Below are positions 1-13,228 of a DNA stretch of 64,000 nucleotides, piece after piece (within the stretch, counting starts at the first letter, position 1; each line of letters starts with the position of its first letter). This DNA comes from Strigamia acuminata (Eukaryota), in the NCBI GenBank assembly GCA_949358305.1, contig OX442314.1, forward strand, positions 20,336,001 through 20,400,000, in the 5' to 3' direction. Made by a program: the position numbers and the translations under genes. The notes under the pieces are model-generated. The model saw only the letters and a program-made list of their open reading frames with translations. It ran no database searches and was not told the origin of the DNA.

Positions 1-117
1 TTTACAATTTGTGAATACTTCACTTAAATATATATTATATATATATATTACAAATGTTATGTATTACAAATATAATTAAATTAATATTTTTTAAGATAGT
101 GTAATGTATTTTTTTAC

Positions 118-167
118 CTTCATTCTGCTCCTGTAATGAGGATAAGTAAATACAAGCATTTCTTCTC
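118..167 (-). other. Probable exon (ending ATG AAG|gtaaaa) of a gene that continues off the left edge of the window
   Basis: Minus strand reads ttgcag|GAGAAG...AGCAGAATGAAG|gtaaaa. Further exon-like segments with acceptor and donor lie at about 238-481 and 789-842. No recognisable protein. Confidence 0.3.
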
Positions 168-2350
168 CTGCAATGAAGTCAACTACAAAAACAAACTCCA
201 TCATGGCCAAAAAATAAAATAAAAAAAAACATGGTTACTTAGTAAGAACAAAAGTTAACCAAATTTGAATGCTTTCCATTATATTTCACAAATATTTTCG
301 CCAAACTTCCACACTCAGGTTAGAAGTTGGGGACGAATATAGATTCGTCCAACAACATTAGAAAATGCTGTGAAAAAGTATAAAATAAAAAAGGGAATAA
401 CAACAACACCCACTTGGATTTGTGTGTGAATTTTTTCCCAAAACTCAAAACATTTCCTTGATGTAGTTTCACACGTTGTGCCTGCGAAAAATCGCAGTGT
501 CAACAAATTTCCGAGCAAAATTACAATATATAATAAATGTGTTAAAAAATTAACCCATAATTCGATAATTTCACTGGATTAATTTTTTTTTCTCTACACG
601 ATACTTGAAAACCGATTACGATTGGTGAGAAAATTTCGTTTCTACTTGATTAATATTTGTCTCAATTCGTACACCAATTGCGTGTATTAGTAGAATTCGA
701 TACACAAATATTTTCTCTCATATAGTTTGTTATTTCAATTTATTTTGCTAAGAAAATTCGTGGGAAAAAAATTAAAAACATTTTTACAACACGTTTCAGA
801 GTTTTGCATTTGGTGTATGAACTGTTCCAGTCAATCGTAAACCTACAAAGAAAAATAAACTCAAATTGTAATTCAAACTTCAAACCAATCATAATGTAAG
901 TTTCTAAATAAGATGATCAAATGGTTAAAAATTAAAATTAAATTTTTATCTGCAAAATTCATCAATCCGAGCAGTATAATAATAAAATAAACCTCATGAT
1001 CACCTTAAGTATCAATAAACAATTTATTCCACGTTTAACAAAGCATAAAGAAGAAAAAAATCAAACACTTTTATTAGTCATAAAACGTTTTCTTGTATTT
1101 CAATATTACAATGAGAAATTTCCAATACATACCTTTTGTTTTATTTTTGTACTTAAATCCCTCTTTTTTTGGCTCAAAAACAATTCACACTTAATTCTCT
1201 TTCTAATTTGTTTTTCTCGTAACTTAAACTTTACATTCACTTCCTACCTGTTTCACTATCAACAGGTTGGCATTAAGTGAAATATTTGCTGAACTTCATT
1301 TTTTTAAAAGGAAAGAAAAAAATAAAAATAAAAGCAAAAATAAAAATAAAAATAAAATAAAAATTATACACAACTTTTCACATTTCCACTCATTTTACAA
1401 ATTCACTACAATTAAATACTGAGATAAAGGGAAAAGTGTAGTTGAAGAAAAGGTAGAAAACAATCATTCAGCAAACCTACCTGGCTCATCAATTTAAAGG
1501 GAGCAGCTATTCTTAAAAAAAGATATTAATTTTGCATACAACGAACGTTACTACTAAAGTACTAATATCGTATCTTTTTTTTCTCGAAACCAAAATTTTA
1601 AACTCACATTTTGGAATAAAATATATTTGACAATCTACGATGTCTCCTACCTTTAAGAATATGAGAGGCCATTAAAGGATCATTCTTTTAAGACACCATG
1701 CACTGCTTTCTACACATTTCGGCCCGAAATCTCTTCTTGTTTTATTCAAAATGCCTGGCTAACGTTTAACCTTTAAATCAAAATCCCGTATAAACATTAA
1801 AATTGCATCTGCACATCAACCATTGCAAAAAAAACATTCTAAAATTAAATTTCCAATTCGAGCCGCCAAATATGTTGCAAGGAATGCATAGTGCGAACAA
1901 TACCTTACACAAACAGGAAAGGTTGCCAGAACCTGTGTATGGATCTTTATGCATTTAAATTATTTCAATAACAGACAAAATTTAACAATTATTTTCATCG
2001 ATAAAACTTCATTTATTTATATTTATTAATATATTCCCCCGTATTCCTCGATTCATTTTAGTTTAGTCACATTTTTTCCATCTTAAACTTAAAAAAATAA
2101 TAATTTTGTCTGCTATTTAAGTACTTTACCTACAATTAAATGTCTAGTTCTAGCAATTTATGTATAAAGAATAAAGAAAACAGTTACTACGTACATTTAT
2201 CATCAACACATTAATATCAAATTAGGTCTAAACCTCCCCATCTACAAATAAAATTGTTTTTTTTTTAAAATTGGCAATTGAGCATTTTCACGCTCATTAA
2301 AACAAACATCACTATTTCTTTTTTATTTATTTAAATTCAAGTGGCTACCT

Positions 2351-4328
2351 TCATCTAAATCTTGGTTGACCCATCATCGGAGGACCCATCATCGGTGGTC
2401 CGCCATAAGCCATCTGCGGAGTGCCATAAGGGCCCATGCCCATCGAACCGGGCGAAGGGGCCATCCCTACAAAAATAAAAAACATTTTGGTAAGAAATGC
2501 GGCACAAACGGTTCAAATTCATCAAAAGTCAATATCAAAATTCAATATTAAATGTTTCGGCTGAAATTTCTTAAAAGAAGTCTCGTACTTACAATTAATC
2601 TTGGGTTTCACAGTTTTATATTTAATCCTTACCTTGTGGCATCCCCATAGGAGGTCCCATCATGGTCATACCGTTCATGGTAACAGGAGGCATAGATTGT
2701 GCCCCTACCATTGGTCCGCCACCCATGCCTGTTTTCAACATGGGTGGAGCATTCGTCACTACATTGCTACCTGATGACCTTAATTGATACTTCTGCATTT
2801 GAGCTCGTCTTTCTTCCTGTAATCAATTACACATTTAAAGAGTCATTAAATACAATTATTTTTATGTTCAAAACAATAATTTACCAATGAGATGTCTTCT
2901 TCCGGATGCATAATTTTACTCGATGCTCCGTTTGCACCGACCATTAATGCCTTCTTTACCGTCGAATCTGCTGAAATGGTTGCTGAAATCTTTGATGATG
3001 TATTGCTAGGTGTTGTCGCTGTTAAGAATAAAAATTTAAAATTTAAATTTTAAATATTTAAAAATTAATTAAATGAAAATCACCAGTCATGTTCCCACTA
3101 GAACTAGGTGCATTGCTGTACGATGTTGGAAATGTGGCCTTCATATCCGAATTTGATAATAATGGTTTGAAATCAGCACCGACTGGTGGTGCCGATAAAG
3201 AAACTTGTCCTTCAGCAGCTGCTGCAGGAAACAATGGTTTGTTTGGTGCTTGTGATTGTGAGCTGGGCGCTGAATTCATCCCATTGTGAATGGTTACTTG
3301 GGGAGGCATCATAGGATTCATGTGTCCCATCATAGGCATCCTAGAAATTCATTTTAAACATTTTAACTCTTTAATTCCTTTTCCTCGACGTATTAATCGT
3401 ACCCAGGGCCCATGAATGGAGGCGCCATTCCCATGGACGGCATGTGTCCAAGTGGTCCCATTGTCATATGACCCATTGGTCCTAACATTGGTCCCGTTTG
3501 CATCGGCATTCCCGGCATGCCTAATGTGGTAGGAGGTACGCCTGTTGGTGGCATGCCCGGCATCATGCCTGGCATCATTCCCGACATGGGGCCTTGAGGT
3601 GCATTTAGGGTCATTTGTCCGTCCATTTTAGGCCGTTTCATTGTGGGAATATCGTCGTCGTCGTTTTGTGGAACTGAACATCAAACAAAAAATACGTTAA
3701 TTAAATAATTCAACTTATCATTCAATTAATTTCAACTTCTTAATTGACAAAGACGTAATTTATCAATTAACTGAATAAAATAAATTTAGTTCGATCAATT
3801 TTTTCTTGTTTACATTTTTCGCCTCCTTGTTTAAGTCTTTCGTGCTCTTTTAAATCTTCATCGGGTATTCCTTCCATTCCATAAATTTCGATATCAATGT
3901 TATTTCTATTGGGTAATGCATTTGGAACTTTATCGATCGTTTCTTTATGAACCTGCAAATATTCGAAAAGCAATTTTTTTTATAATTTCAATTTTCTTTT
4001 CCTTTAGAATTAACGCTTGACGTACTTGCATGCAGTGAATGGCTAAACCTGGTCCGGTGTACAATTTTTTATGACAGATATGACATTTGAAATGCTTCGC
4101 TTTCTGATGCTGAATTAAAATTTTTTCATCATCGAATTCTCGATTACAATACCTAAAGCGATAAGTTAAGGAAACTGGCGTAACAAAATAAGCCTAACAA
4201 TTCGCGAAATCTAACGTCACCTATTTACTTATTAATACAATTAAATTAATTGCAATGTATACAATTTTCAACGTTTTTAAAGGATACCAACACCACGGTT
4301 TTGTTTGCTTCTTCTTCTTTCGCCCCAT
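2351..4328 (-). CDS. ZNF207: BUB3-interacting GLEBS zinc finger protein (BuGZ/ZNF207), multi-exon
   Basis: Spliced start [82 protein letters not shown]. Met/Pro/Gly-rich middle, GLEBS motif [15 protein letters not shown], ends GQPRFR* at 2351. Confidence 0.97.
4153..4287 (-). other. U12-type (minor spliceosome) GT-AG intron, ZNF207 intron 1
   Basis: The 5' splice site is GTATCCTTT. A branch site TTTCCTTAAC lies about 12 nt before the AG with no long polypyrimidine tract. Splicing restores TG|G = Trp in KPWCWYC. Confidence 0.95.
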
Positions 4329-4384
4329 TTCGTAACAATCACTTTTTGAAACAGGAACTAAATACTATCAACAACACGAATTAG

Positions 4385-4482
4385 CAAAATGGCGGCATCA
4401 GCCTCTTTCTCCAGTAGCGGACCCTATGAGCGGACTTCGCAAGGCACACGGCCGCCATTTTAGGCACATTTGCGCATGTGCG
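4385..4482. promoter_or_regulatory. ZNF207 promoter/5' UTR with YY1/Pho-type and NRF1-type motifs
   Basis: AAAATGGCGGC at about 4386, GCCGCCATTTT at about 4451 and TGCGCATGTGCG at about 4471, in a GC-richer patch just upstream of the ATG. Confidence 0.5.
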
Positions 4483-4993
4483 TGGACGTGTGATTTCGCC
4501 TTGACCGCTGGAATAACGATTTGAATTTTATTTCCTAAACCGCACAAAATATTTCTTTTTCAGCTTGTATTTTTTGTTTTCATAAATTTTAAAATTTTCA
4601 CAGTTCAATTATGTATCAATCCACATGTCCTAGTGTGCCATTAATTATTACAATTCCCAATTATTTTTTTAAAATTAATTACTTGAAAGGCTCGATTAAG
4701 GCTCCATTAAAAGGCTCGAAAATTACTGACAAGCAACATATTATGACTATGTAGCAGATGTAGTACATACTGTTGAATCGTATCAATAGGGTTGCTGCGC
4801 ACTTGGCAACTGCGACCATTCATATTAAGGTCATAAGTATAAAAACAAATCGATTATAAAATCTAGCGAGCTCAACATCGTCTTCATTCATAAATCAATG
4901 ATTTTAATGTTGCCTAACAAATTTATAATGTTTTTATTTTCATAATAAAAATTTACAGTTTAATTATATATTAAGTTTAGAAAATACAATATG

Positions 4994-7900
4994 TTACTCC
5001 CATCCTTTCTTCTCCTCTTCAAAATCATCAGAATTTATAAATGGTTCATCAATAGAACTGTAAAATATAATAATGTTAATTTCAATTACCAGAAAATAAA
5101 ATTTTTAAATATTACTCAATCATCATTTCACCACAGTACAAGCATTCAGCAGCGATTAAGTCATCCAGTTCTACTTTCAGCTGATCCCGTGAAATAACCA
5201 ATTTTTTTGTTCTTGCGACCGCATTGTTGTCATCCCGAGACATCTGCGACATAACCTGACGAATTTCACCGGCCCGTTTTTGTTTAGCATTAGTCAAATG
5301 CGGAATAACTTCCGACATTAAACAATCCATATGAAATTTGTGTTCGCAAGGAAACACGTAAAACCCGTGTGTCAAAATGGGAAACGAACAAACGGCACAT
5401 TTGTCAATTCCGTGAACCCGTGTAAATCTATTTAAAAAAAGTAAAAATAAATTTCAATTAACAAAAAAAAAATATTGTATTTATTTATTTATTTATTTGC
5501 CTATTTCGAAATGCTTGAATTTCAGCCCTAATTTCTTGCGCACTTTCTGTAGCATCCTTCATTTCTTCTTGTAGTATATCTATGTGTTGATTATATTCTT
5601 TCAAAGACGAACAAATCGCTTCTTTGAAATGATCAATGGTGACAAAATCGGGAAAAAACGGTAAAATATCTTCAATTTTGATCAAGTTACATTCCTTAAG
5701 AAACTCCATTGCTTTTTTAATGTTATTTTCTTCCTTCACCACATGTTTAGCTGCAATTATTCAAAAAATAAATTAAAAAATAAAAAAAATAAAATTTCCA
5801 TCGTATTTGCACTATGGTATTTGTACCAATTTTAAGCCATAACTTTTTCCTCAACTCGTCGTCGTCTTCTGGTCTGTCAGCATTTTGTTTCGCCAATTGT
5901 ACATCTACTTTCAACGCCAAATCAACCGCTTCCTCGTACAACCCCATTGCAGCGTAAATCAACACGCACGCTTTAACGTGCTTGTACTCGGAACAGACTC
6001 TCAATGCATATTTCAAATCGTAACAAATGTACACAGAATCCTAAAATCAAAGTTAAAAACGTTGCAATGCAGACATCGCTTTGGCTTTTAGACATTTTTT
6101 TCATCGTTACCTGTCCTTGTAACGTGAGATAAGTCATCAACTTTTCCGGGTCTAGTTTTGCATACAACGATAAAAGATAATTATGAATACTCGTATCTTT
6201 ATTATCCAACGTGTTTACGCAGAATTCAAAATATCTGACAGCTTCGGCTTCCTGCGATTTATTTCTGCCTTGATCGCATTGCATCAACGCAGGAATTAGT
6301 TTCGTTGGATTCAAACGTCTTCCTTGACTGATCCAAATACTGACAGTTTCTTTAGGACAACTTTGCATTAACACTGGTGAATATTGGTAAAAAAGCTCTG
6401 GGTTTTTCTGCAGAAAAATTAAAAGAATTAAATTTGTGCGTAAAAATCCGGATTGAAAATATCTACATATTTATCCAGGATTTTTAAGGCTTCAAAAAAA
6501 TTCCTGTTATCGATTTGGTATGAAATTAGCCGTTCGTAATCTGTAAATTTGATTTGTGTAAATAATATTTTTGTTTACAATTAGAAAAACCGACCTTTCA
6601 TCAAAAAAGCAACGTGGATTAAAGTTTCTTGATCGCCGTGACTTGAAATTAAATTGTAAATAACATTTTTGTTGTTGTTAATACAGTCGATGACTTTTTG
6701 TTTTTCTAAAAAACTATAAAAGTCGTCTATTAAAACAGCAATTTTTTCCGAATGTTTATCGCCAGAATCTCGCAAAATTCCAAGCTGATTCAAATACAAC
6801 TCCATAATCCACGTGACGATCATTGTGATCTGCGTTTTCTCGTGCGATTTTAAACTCGTTAACTTTTCGCTCAAAAACTGTTTCAACGCCATGGTTTCTT
6901 CAATCGCTAAAAATTTGAGCGAAACTTGTTCAAAAGATGCCTGCGTTTTTGCGTACAACCGCGCACTTTCTTCATACCTTTCAAAATCAAAAAAAAAATT
7001 AATTATACAAAATCAAAAGCAAAAAATTAAAAAATTTACTTTTTATTATTAAATAATTGTTCCGCTTGCTGTGTCCTCACTTTATCCAAATTAACAGGGT
7101 TATTTTCAGAATGAAGTTCAGCCGCTGCGTAATCTCCTTTATCCAAGTAAATCTGCCAAACATTTCTAGCTTCGTTGCTGATATTATAAGTAAAAACTGC
7201 CCGTTCTGAATAAGCGTAAATTTTTCCATTAACAACGTCTTTAACGAGTCCAACCATCTTTCCGTAAATCTATTTTAAAAAGTAAATAAATAAATAAATG
7301 ACTGCTACAAAAAATAAAAATAATCAATTTTATACCTCAGCAAAAATATCGAGAAAAACCAACTCCTCGTTCAGGAGACAAATCACCTTCAATCGATCTT
7401 GAAACAAAATAAACGCATGAAATTCGAGCAACGTGATGGCGATGGGTCGAACTCGGGCATCTTCATCGGGGTAATAAATCAAACTCGTGTTTATTGTCAC
7501 CGAATCTTTCCCCGCTTTGCCCGAACAATCGATGGATCCGTGGTAAATTCCGGCTCCGGTCATCCACACCATCAAACAAGGACAATCTTGAACTCTCTTC
7601 TGATACAGTTGTAGTTGACTGTACTCCAGATCACCCGGCAATTCAAAATATCGCATAGTAACGTTATTGTAATTGTTGAATATGCTTTGAAAGACTGGTG
7701 CCTCCGACCCTAGCGAGGCACTACCCAAAAACTGATACAAACGGTTCGGTGTCGTGGCTAAGATAAAATATTCCGTGTCACTGTGTGGGTATTTATGCAG
7801 TTCTAAACTAGTTATACTCGAACAAACATCAAAAACCTACAATTAAATAGCGTTAATACAATTAAATACAAAATAATTGTAATAAAGATGTACTTGTTTC

Positions 7901-9029
7901 CAGTAGGCTTCAATATTACTTGAAAATAAGTTCCAGTCATCACCTATTGTGAGTTCAGTTTCAAATATTAAACCTTTGTTGGTTCCAAATAAAATGGATC
8001 CGGTGCCATTTTCCTTAGAATTATGCAGATTCCACGCAACTGCAGTCAAAACGTGACCCTAGAACACGAAATAAAGGACAAAATAAAGAAAAATAAGTTT
8101 CAAAATAGTATATTTGGTAATAGGAATTTATTTAATACAAACATTAGTTGAAAGTTTACCTTCATCTTATTACACGGTTTAGTTTTTTTCAAATTTTTCA
8201 AAAAATACAAAACATTACTGTTTAGTTCTCCGTCTTTTCCCGATAAACTGACTAGTAAGTGGTTGCCGAATGGATCCAAAAATAATTGATGTATTCTTAC
8301 TCCCGTTGTTTTGTCAGGAATTTCAATTTCTATTGGAATAAAAATAAAATAAAAATCACTTCTACAGCACCGTAAATCCTTTCATTGAGCGCAGGATGCT
8401 AACTGAACGCAACGCGGCTGGAAAGTGCCAAAAAATATATTTTAAGCTGCAAAATGCACTTTTAAATGCATTTAAAATTCACTTTTTATGTGCGAAAATG
8501 GACTGTCAATTGACAGTCCATTTTCGCACGTGCCCTATTAATAGGGCACGTATGTTCTATGAAAGAATTTATGCTAACTTAAATCTTAATAATACCATCT
8601 GGAGTTTCAATATTTTTCAAATCAATTCTGAATAATGTTCTGTTAGCCATTGCTAGCACCAATTGGTTATTCCTTACGACCATATGAGTTACAACATCAG
8701 GAGGCCTTGATAAAAAAATAATAAAACATTGTAAAGACAAAATTTAATGCGGAAATCTATCAAAATATAGTTACTTAAAATCCATTTTAATTCTCCGTAC
8801 CATAGGCTCATCGGTTTCCAAACCGACATTAATAAACCCAGATGTACTCTGTGGATATAAATAAATTAATTAATTAAATACTTAATTATTCACTTAAAAA
8901 TACAAATTAACTAAAATTAAAACGAGTAAGGCAAAACATTACCAATTCAGGACGAGAGATCCTCTTGCCACCTCCATAATACGCCGGTTTTTGCGAATAA
9001 TTTTCGTACTGGTCAAAAATGTTAGCCAT
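4994..9029 (-). CDS. VPS18: Vacuolar protein sorting 18 (deep orange/Pep3), HOPS/CORVET subunit, multi-exon
   Basis: MANIFDQY start, Pep3 beta-propeller exons (AVAWN, GTNKGLIFETE), clathrin-repeat region (DLKYALRVC, LIKIEDILPFFPDFVTIDHFKEAIC), C-terminal RING-H2 (FYVFPCEHKFHMDCL, IAAECLYCGEMMI), ends KKGWE*. Confidence 0.97.
8490..8551. repeat. Two abutting perfect palindromes (40 bp and 24 bp) inside an enlarged VPS18 intron
   Basis: GTGCGAAAATGGACTGTCAATTGACAGTCCATTTTCGCAC (8490-8529) and ACGTGCCCTATTAATAGGGCACGT (8528-8551) each equal their own reverse complement. Confidence 0.9.
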
Positions 9030-9095
9030 TTTCACTTTAACAAAGCTTGCACACCCACTAAAAGTCGGCCATTTGTTAATTATTTTTATCAAAAG

Positions 9096-9296
9096 TATCG
9101 ATTCGAAAGTCCAGAACTATAAGTACAAGCACATTTTAAAACAATATAAAAACTTAATACAAAATTATAAATATTAATTTGAAAACTAATCATAATTTTA
9201 AATTTTATTTAATTTCTGTAAAGAATTAAATAAAAATAAAAAATTTATAATCGATTAAACTGGTATCGCCAACAAAAATCGATAAAGTTATCGATA
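9096..9296. promoter_or_regulatory. DRE (DREF/BEAF-type) motif cluster in the divergent promoter between VPS18 and the two-TM gene
   Basis: Perfect TATCGATA at 9289-9296 plus ATCGAT cores at about 9097, 9250 and 9278. Confidence 0.55.
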
Positions 9297-9604
9297 CCGT
9301 CCATAAAATAGATTCAGTTTCTTTTTGTAAAATATTTTATTCTAAATCAATTCAAAGCATAAAATAATTTAACTTTTTAAAACAAAAATAAATCCGTGTA
9401 AAGTTTAGCTAGAAATCAAGCCAGTAGGAGCCACACATAAAATAGCCAACAGTTTTGTTTACATCATTGTCCTCAGATGTCAGCACACGAATTTAATTAG
9501 AAAATGGCAGAGTCTACCAGCGAAGTCAACACAAATGACGTCTTTTCCTTCACTAAAACTCATTGACGAGCCGATAATGGCAACTTTTTCAATATTTTGG
9601 TACG

Positions 9605-12206
9605 ATGGAGTCCATTAGGTCGCGGCGTGAAGTTGAGGATGTCGGTGTTCTGGCCTCGTGCGACTGCACCTCGTACTGTTACTTCGCCCTTGCAGTGGTT
9701 TTGTTCACGGTTGGAATTGTCATCACAGTTCTCGCTCTCGATGAAGCAGGTGGCACTATGTTATCCAATTTGGGCCACATGTGGCTGGTCGGCCCAATTT
9801 TCATCAGTTCTGGTTTGATGGTGGCTGTTAAAACTGTACTTTATTTGAGGAAAAAAAATTTCATGGCGGTCATTTGCAGACAACGTGCCTGGCTAAGGGT
9901 ATAAATTCATCATTATTTTCCCATTAATTATTATTCTTTTAATTCAGGAAATGGTTATGTAACGTCCGATTGCGTTGTGTCTTGAATTCCCCTCAAAAAA
10001 TGACTAATTTTTGGAAATTTGTTGTTGTACTCGAGTGACCTTTTGCGTGCAAGTTTGGAAAAGATTATAGAGATTTGTTATCGTATTTAGACTTGTGCAT
10101 AGCGAGGACATTGGTCTATTGGGTTCTTTGATTACTGACATTGAAATAATGTGAAATAACTTGAAAGAACGTGTAAATTTATATCTGTTTTGTTTGTAGG
10201 AATTGCAAGGATTGCAGCATCAACAACAACAGGAGTTGGAAAGGTAATTAAATGAAGAAAATTAAGAAAAGTTAAAATTTAAATTTTGTTACAGTCTTAC
10301 AGTATTTGAGTTTAAGTAATAGAATTGAAGTCGATTATTTTTGAAATTTTATTCTATTTATTTTGCCAATAACTAGGAATCCTAGTCTGTTGACATTGCC
10401 ACCATCGTATGACGCAGTGGTGTGTGAATCAAATTCAACGGAAAGAAATCCAAATCCCGAAAACTGTATGCTTCAGCATGTTGAGGAGCCGCCGCCACCA
10501 TCCTACAACGAAGCGCTTTTACTAAGCCAAAGGCATCAGCGAGATCTTATCATTCCACCACGTTCAGTCAGGTTAATTATGCTAATATTATTTATTTTAA
10601 AAGATGATAACTTTAATGTTGACATTTATTTTGCGTATGTTGAGTAATAATTCAAATTTTAAGTTATTTTAGTTCCAAATTTTCGTCAACAAAATCTCGG
10701 TTTTTTCCCCCCATTTGAATGTAAATTAACAAAATATTTCAAATTTTTTTAAAAAATTCTCTTTAGCATTTAATACATATATTTTTTTAGTATAAAAAGG
10801 AAGTTTGAATGCCATTTTTTATTTTATTTATTTTTCATTACTTCTTATCAGTTGGAAAACAAATACTTGTAAAGTCATTCAATTTTAAAACGAATGTGCA
10901 CTTTTACTGAGATAAAGCTATCGCTTTTCGGTTGAAAAACCTATAAATTTGAAAAATGTAAACACGATAGTGTTCTTCAAGTTCTGAGTGAGAAAATAAA
11001 TAGAAATGCACAAAAAAAACACTTTAAATATGAAAAATTAACTTTAAAAACTAGATTTAACGTGCTTAGTGCATTTTTAAATGCAAAATTGCAAATATTT
11101 TCTTTTTTTGACCAAAATTTCAATGCTCATTTGTGCGCAAATTTACCAGACTGGAGGATTGAAAAAAAATTACTCATAGTTTTCTGATTTTGTTGCAATT
11201 TGTAACCGATCGTACTGTAAACATGATACAAATATTAAAAAAAGTCCAGTCACTTATAAAAATAACTTTTACTCGAAATTCAAGTCAGCCAATGCTCCGC
11301 AATTGAGCGGATCAAATTAATTCATTTCGATTATAAAAGAAAATATTTTAATATTTTAATACTTTAAAAATTTATATTAAATTCGTAATTTTTTTCTTCT
11401 AATCTGCTAATCATGTTTATACATGCCTTCACGGTCATTAGCGAAAAACAAGCTGTGCCTTGAATGAATTAAAATCCCTTCACGTTTTTTAAGAGAAAGC
11501 AGGAAAAAAAATCTATTGAATGTTTACATCCGGTTTACGAGTTGCACGACACGATTTTTCTAATCTTTTTTTTCCGCTTCGATTTTTCATTTTAGCTTCT
11601 TTGTGGATGCTCAAACGAGATTTTTGAGCAAAAAAATGTTGTGACTTTACGAAGACAGGTTGAGCCTGGTTTAATAATAACAGCAAGTTACTCGAGTAAC
11701 TCATCGTGCTGAATTGCGCATCCAGTCCAGTTTAACTGGTTGCAGCCATTATGTATGCTTCGGTGGAAATCTTTTATGCTCCTTTGAAAATTTTTTTTGC
11801 TTAACAAGTGGAAGGGCTTTGAAGGTTGAAAATGAATAGAGACTGTAATCTTGGTGGAGCGCTTAGAATCTTAAAAGGGACTGAAGGGTTGCTCTTGGAT
11901 ATATTTTTCAACTTGCACTTTGAGCTTGATGAAAATCAAAGGTGAAATTAAAAAATAAAATTTAAATTGTTTCAAATGAAGAAATTTCTTCAAATGTTGA
12001 CACAAATGATAAAAATCAGCAAATTTGGGCTTAAAAATGATGAAAAACTTGCAAATTTTGTCTCAAAAGTGATGAAAAAACCTTCAAATTTTGTCAAAAA
12101 TGTTGATAAACTGACAAATTTGGTCTCAAATGATGAAAAATCATTTATAATTTTTTTTTATTTCATTTTTAGCGACTACATTATTGGGAAAGATTCAATG
12201 GTGTGA
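9605..12206 (+). CDS. Small two-TM membrane protein with PPxY motifs and a probable C-terminal PDZ-binding motif (exons 9605-9898, 10200-10243, 10377-10571, 12173-12206)
   Basis: Cys cluster, then TM1 (YFALAVVLFTVGIVITVLAL), TM2 (MWLVGPIFISSGLMVAV), basic stop-transfer, LPPSYD and PPPPSYNEA. GT-AG phases are consistent and the last exon gives ...GKDSMV*. The last exon is less certain. Confidence 0.75.
11970..12142. repeat. Degenerate minisatellite, about 30-32 bp unit, about 5.5 copies, intronic
   Basis: Recurring unit resembling CAAATGATGAAAAACTTGCAAATTTTGTCT. Confidence 0.75.
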
Positions 12207-13228
12207 AGAAAATAAAGAAATTAGAAGCACATAACGTCTTATTTCTGTTGACAACTGCGCGAAGCAGACGGTACACCACACACAAGGACTAATACTCATT
12301 TTAAGTTTATTGCAATTTTAAATGTTTAATTTTGTACATATTATTATTACACATTTTATATTTTTATGTTGGAAACAATAGTAGTGACAGAATTTTCGAG
12401 GAAATGAAAATTAAAACGCTTAAAAATACTGTATTTGTGCCAAAAAATATTTAGATTTTACTAGTCTCTTTTTTGTATTATTCTTACCAGTTATTACTAA
12501 ATGGGGTGTTCAAGTCATTAACTAACTTGTTTATCAGCCTCATTTTTGTACATAGATGTTATTTTGTCCAATTATATTTTTACAAATGTCGAATAGAATA
12601 CTTTATTCTCGATTGGAATTTGAACGCCATTTTATTGAATTTACGACTGATGTTATGGGATTACCACGTGGAATTTAAAGGATTTTTAAGATTATAATTT
12701 TATAATTTTAACAACAAAATGGCGTCTACTTCAATGGCGTAATTTGGCAGAGGAATGTGTATAATAGTTTCTGGAGCATTTTTTAAAGTGCATCGGTTAG
12801 TTTGTAAGATTTTTAGGGTTTAGTAATGGTGAATTATGATAGTATTAGGTTAGAAATGTTTTTCACAAAAGTTCTAATGAGAAAACATCATTTTCCATTG
12901 TGATTTTATTCGATCAAGTAATTATAATTTATCATTTTTATTTTTACTTTGTTCCAATGTTTTTTATCACATTTAAAAAAGAAAAATTACATTTTACTGC
13001 TTTTTTAAAACACGGTTTACATTTTTAAATATCTTTGTTTATTACTTATTAAATCCAAACTTGAAATAGATATACAAAATGAATTTAGTGACATCACGGT
13101 CACAAATAATCAAAACGTATTGAAATAAATTTCCATTGGTAAAAAATACAAATGTGTAGTGTTTGCTAAACATTTTCTGTGCAAATTGAATAAACAACAT
13201 TTTAACATAACTTGTTTTCATTTTTTTT

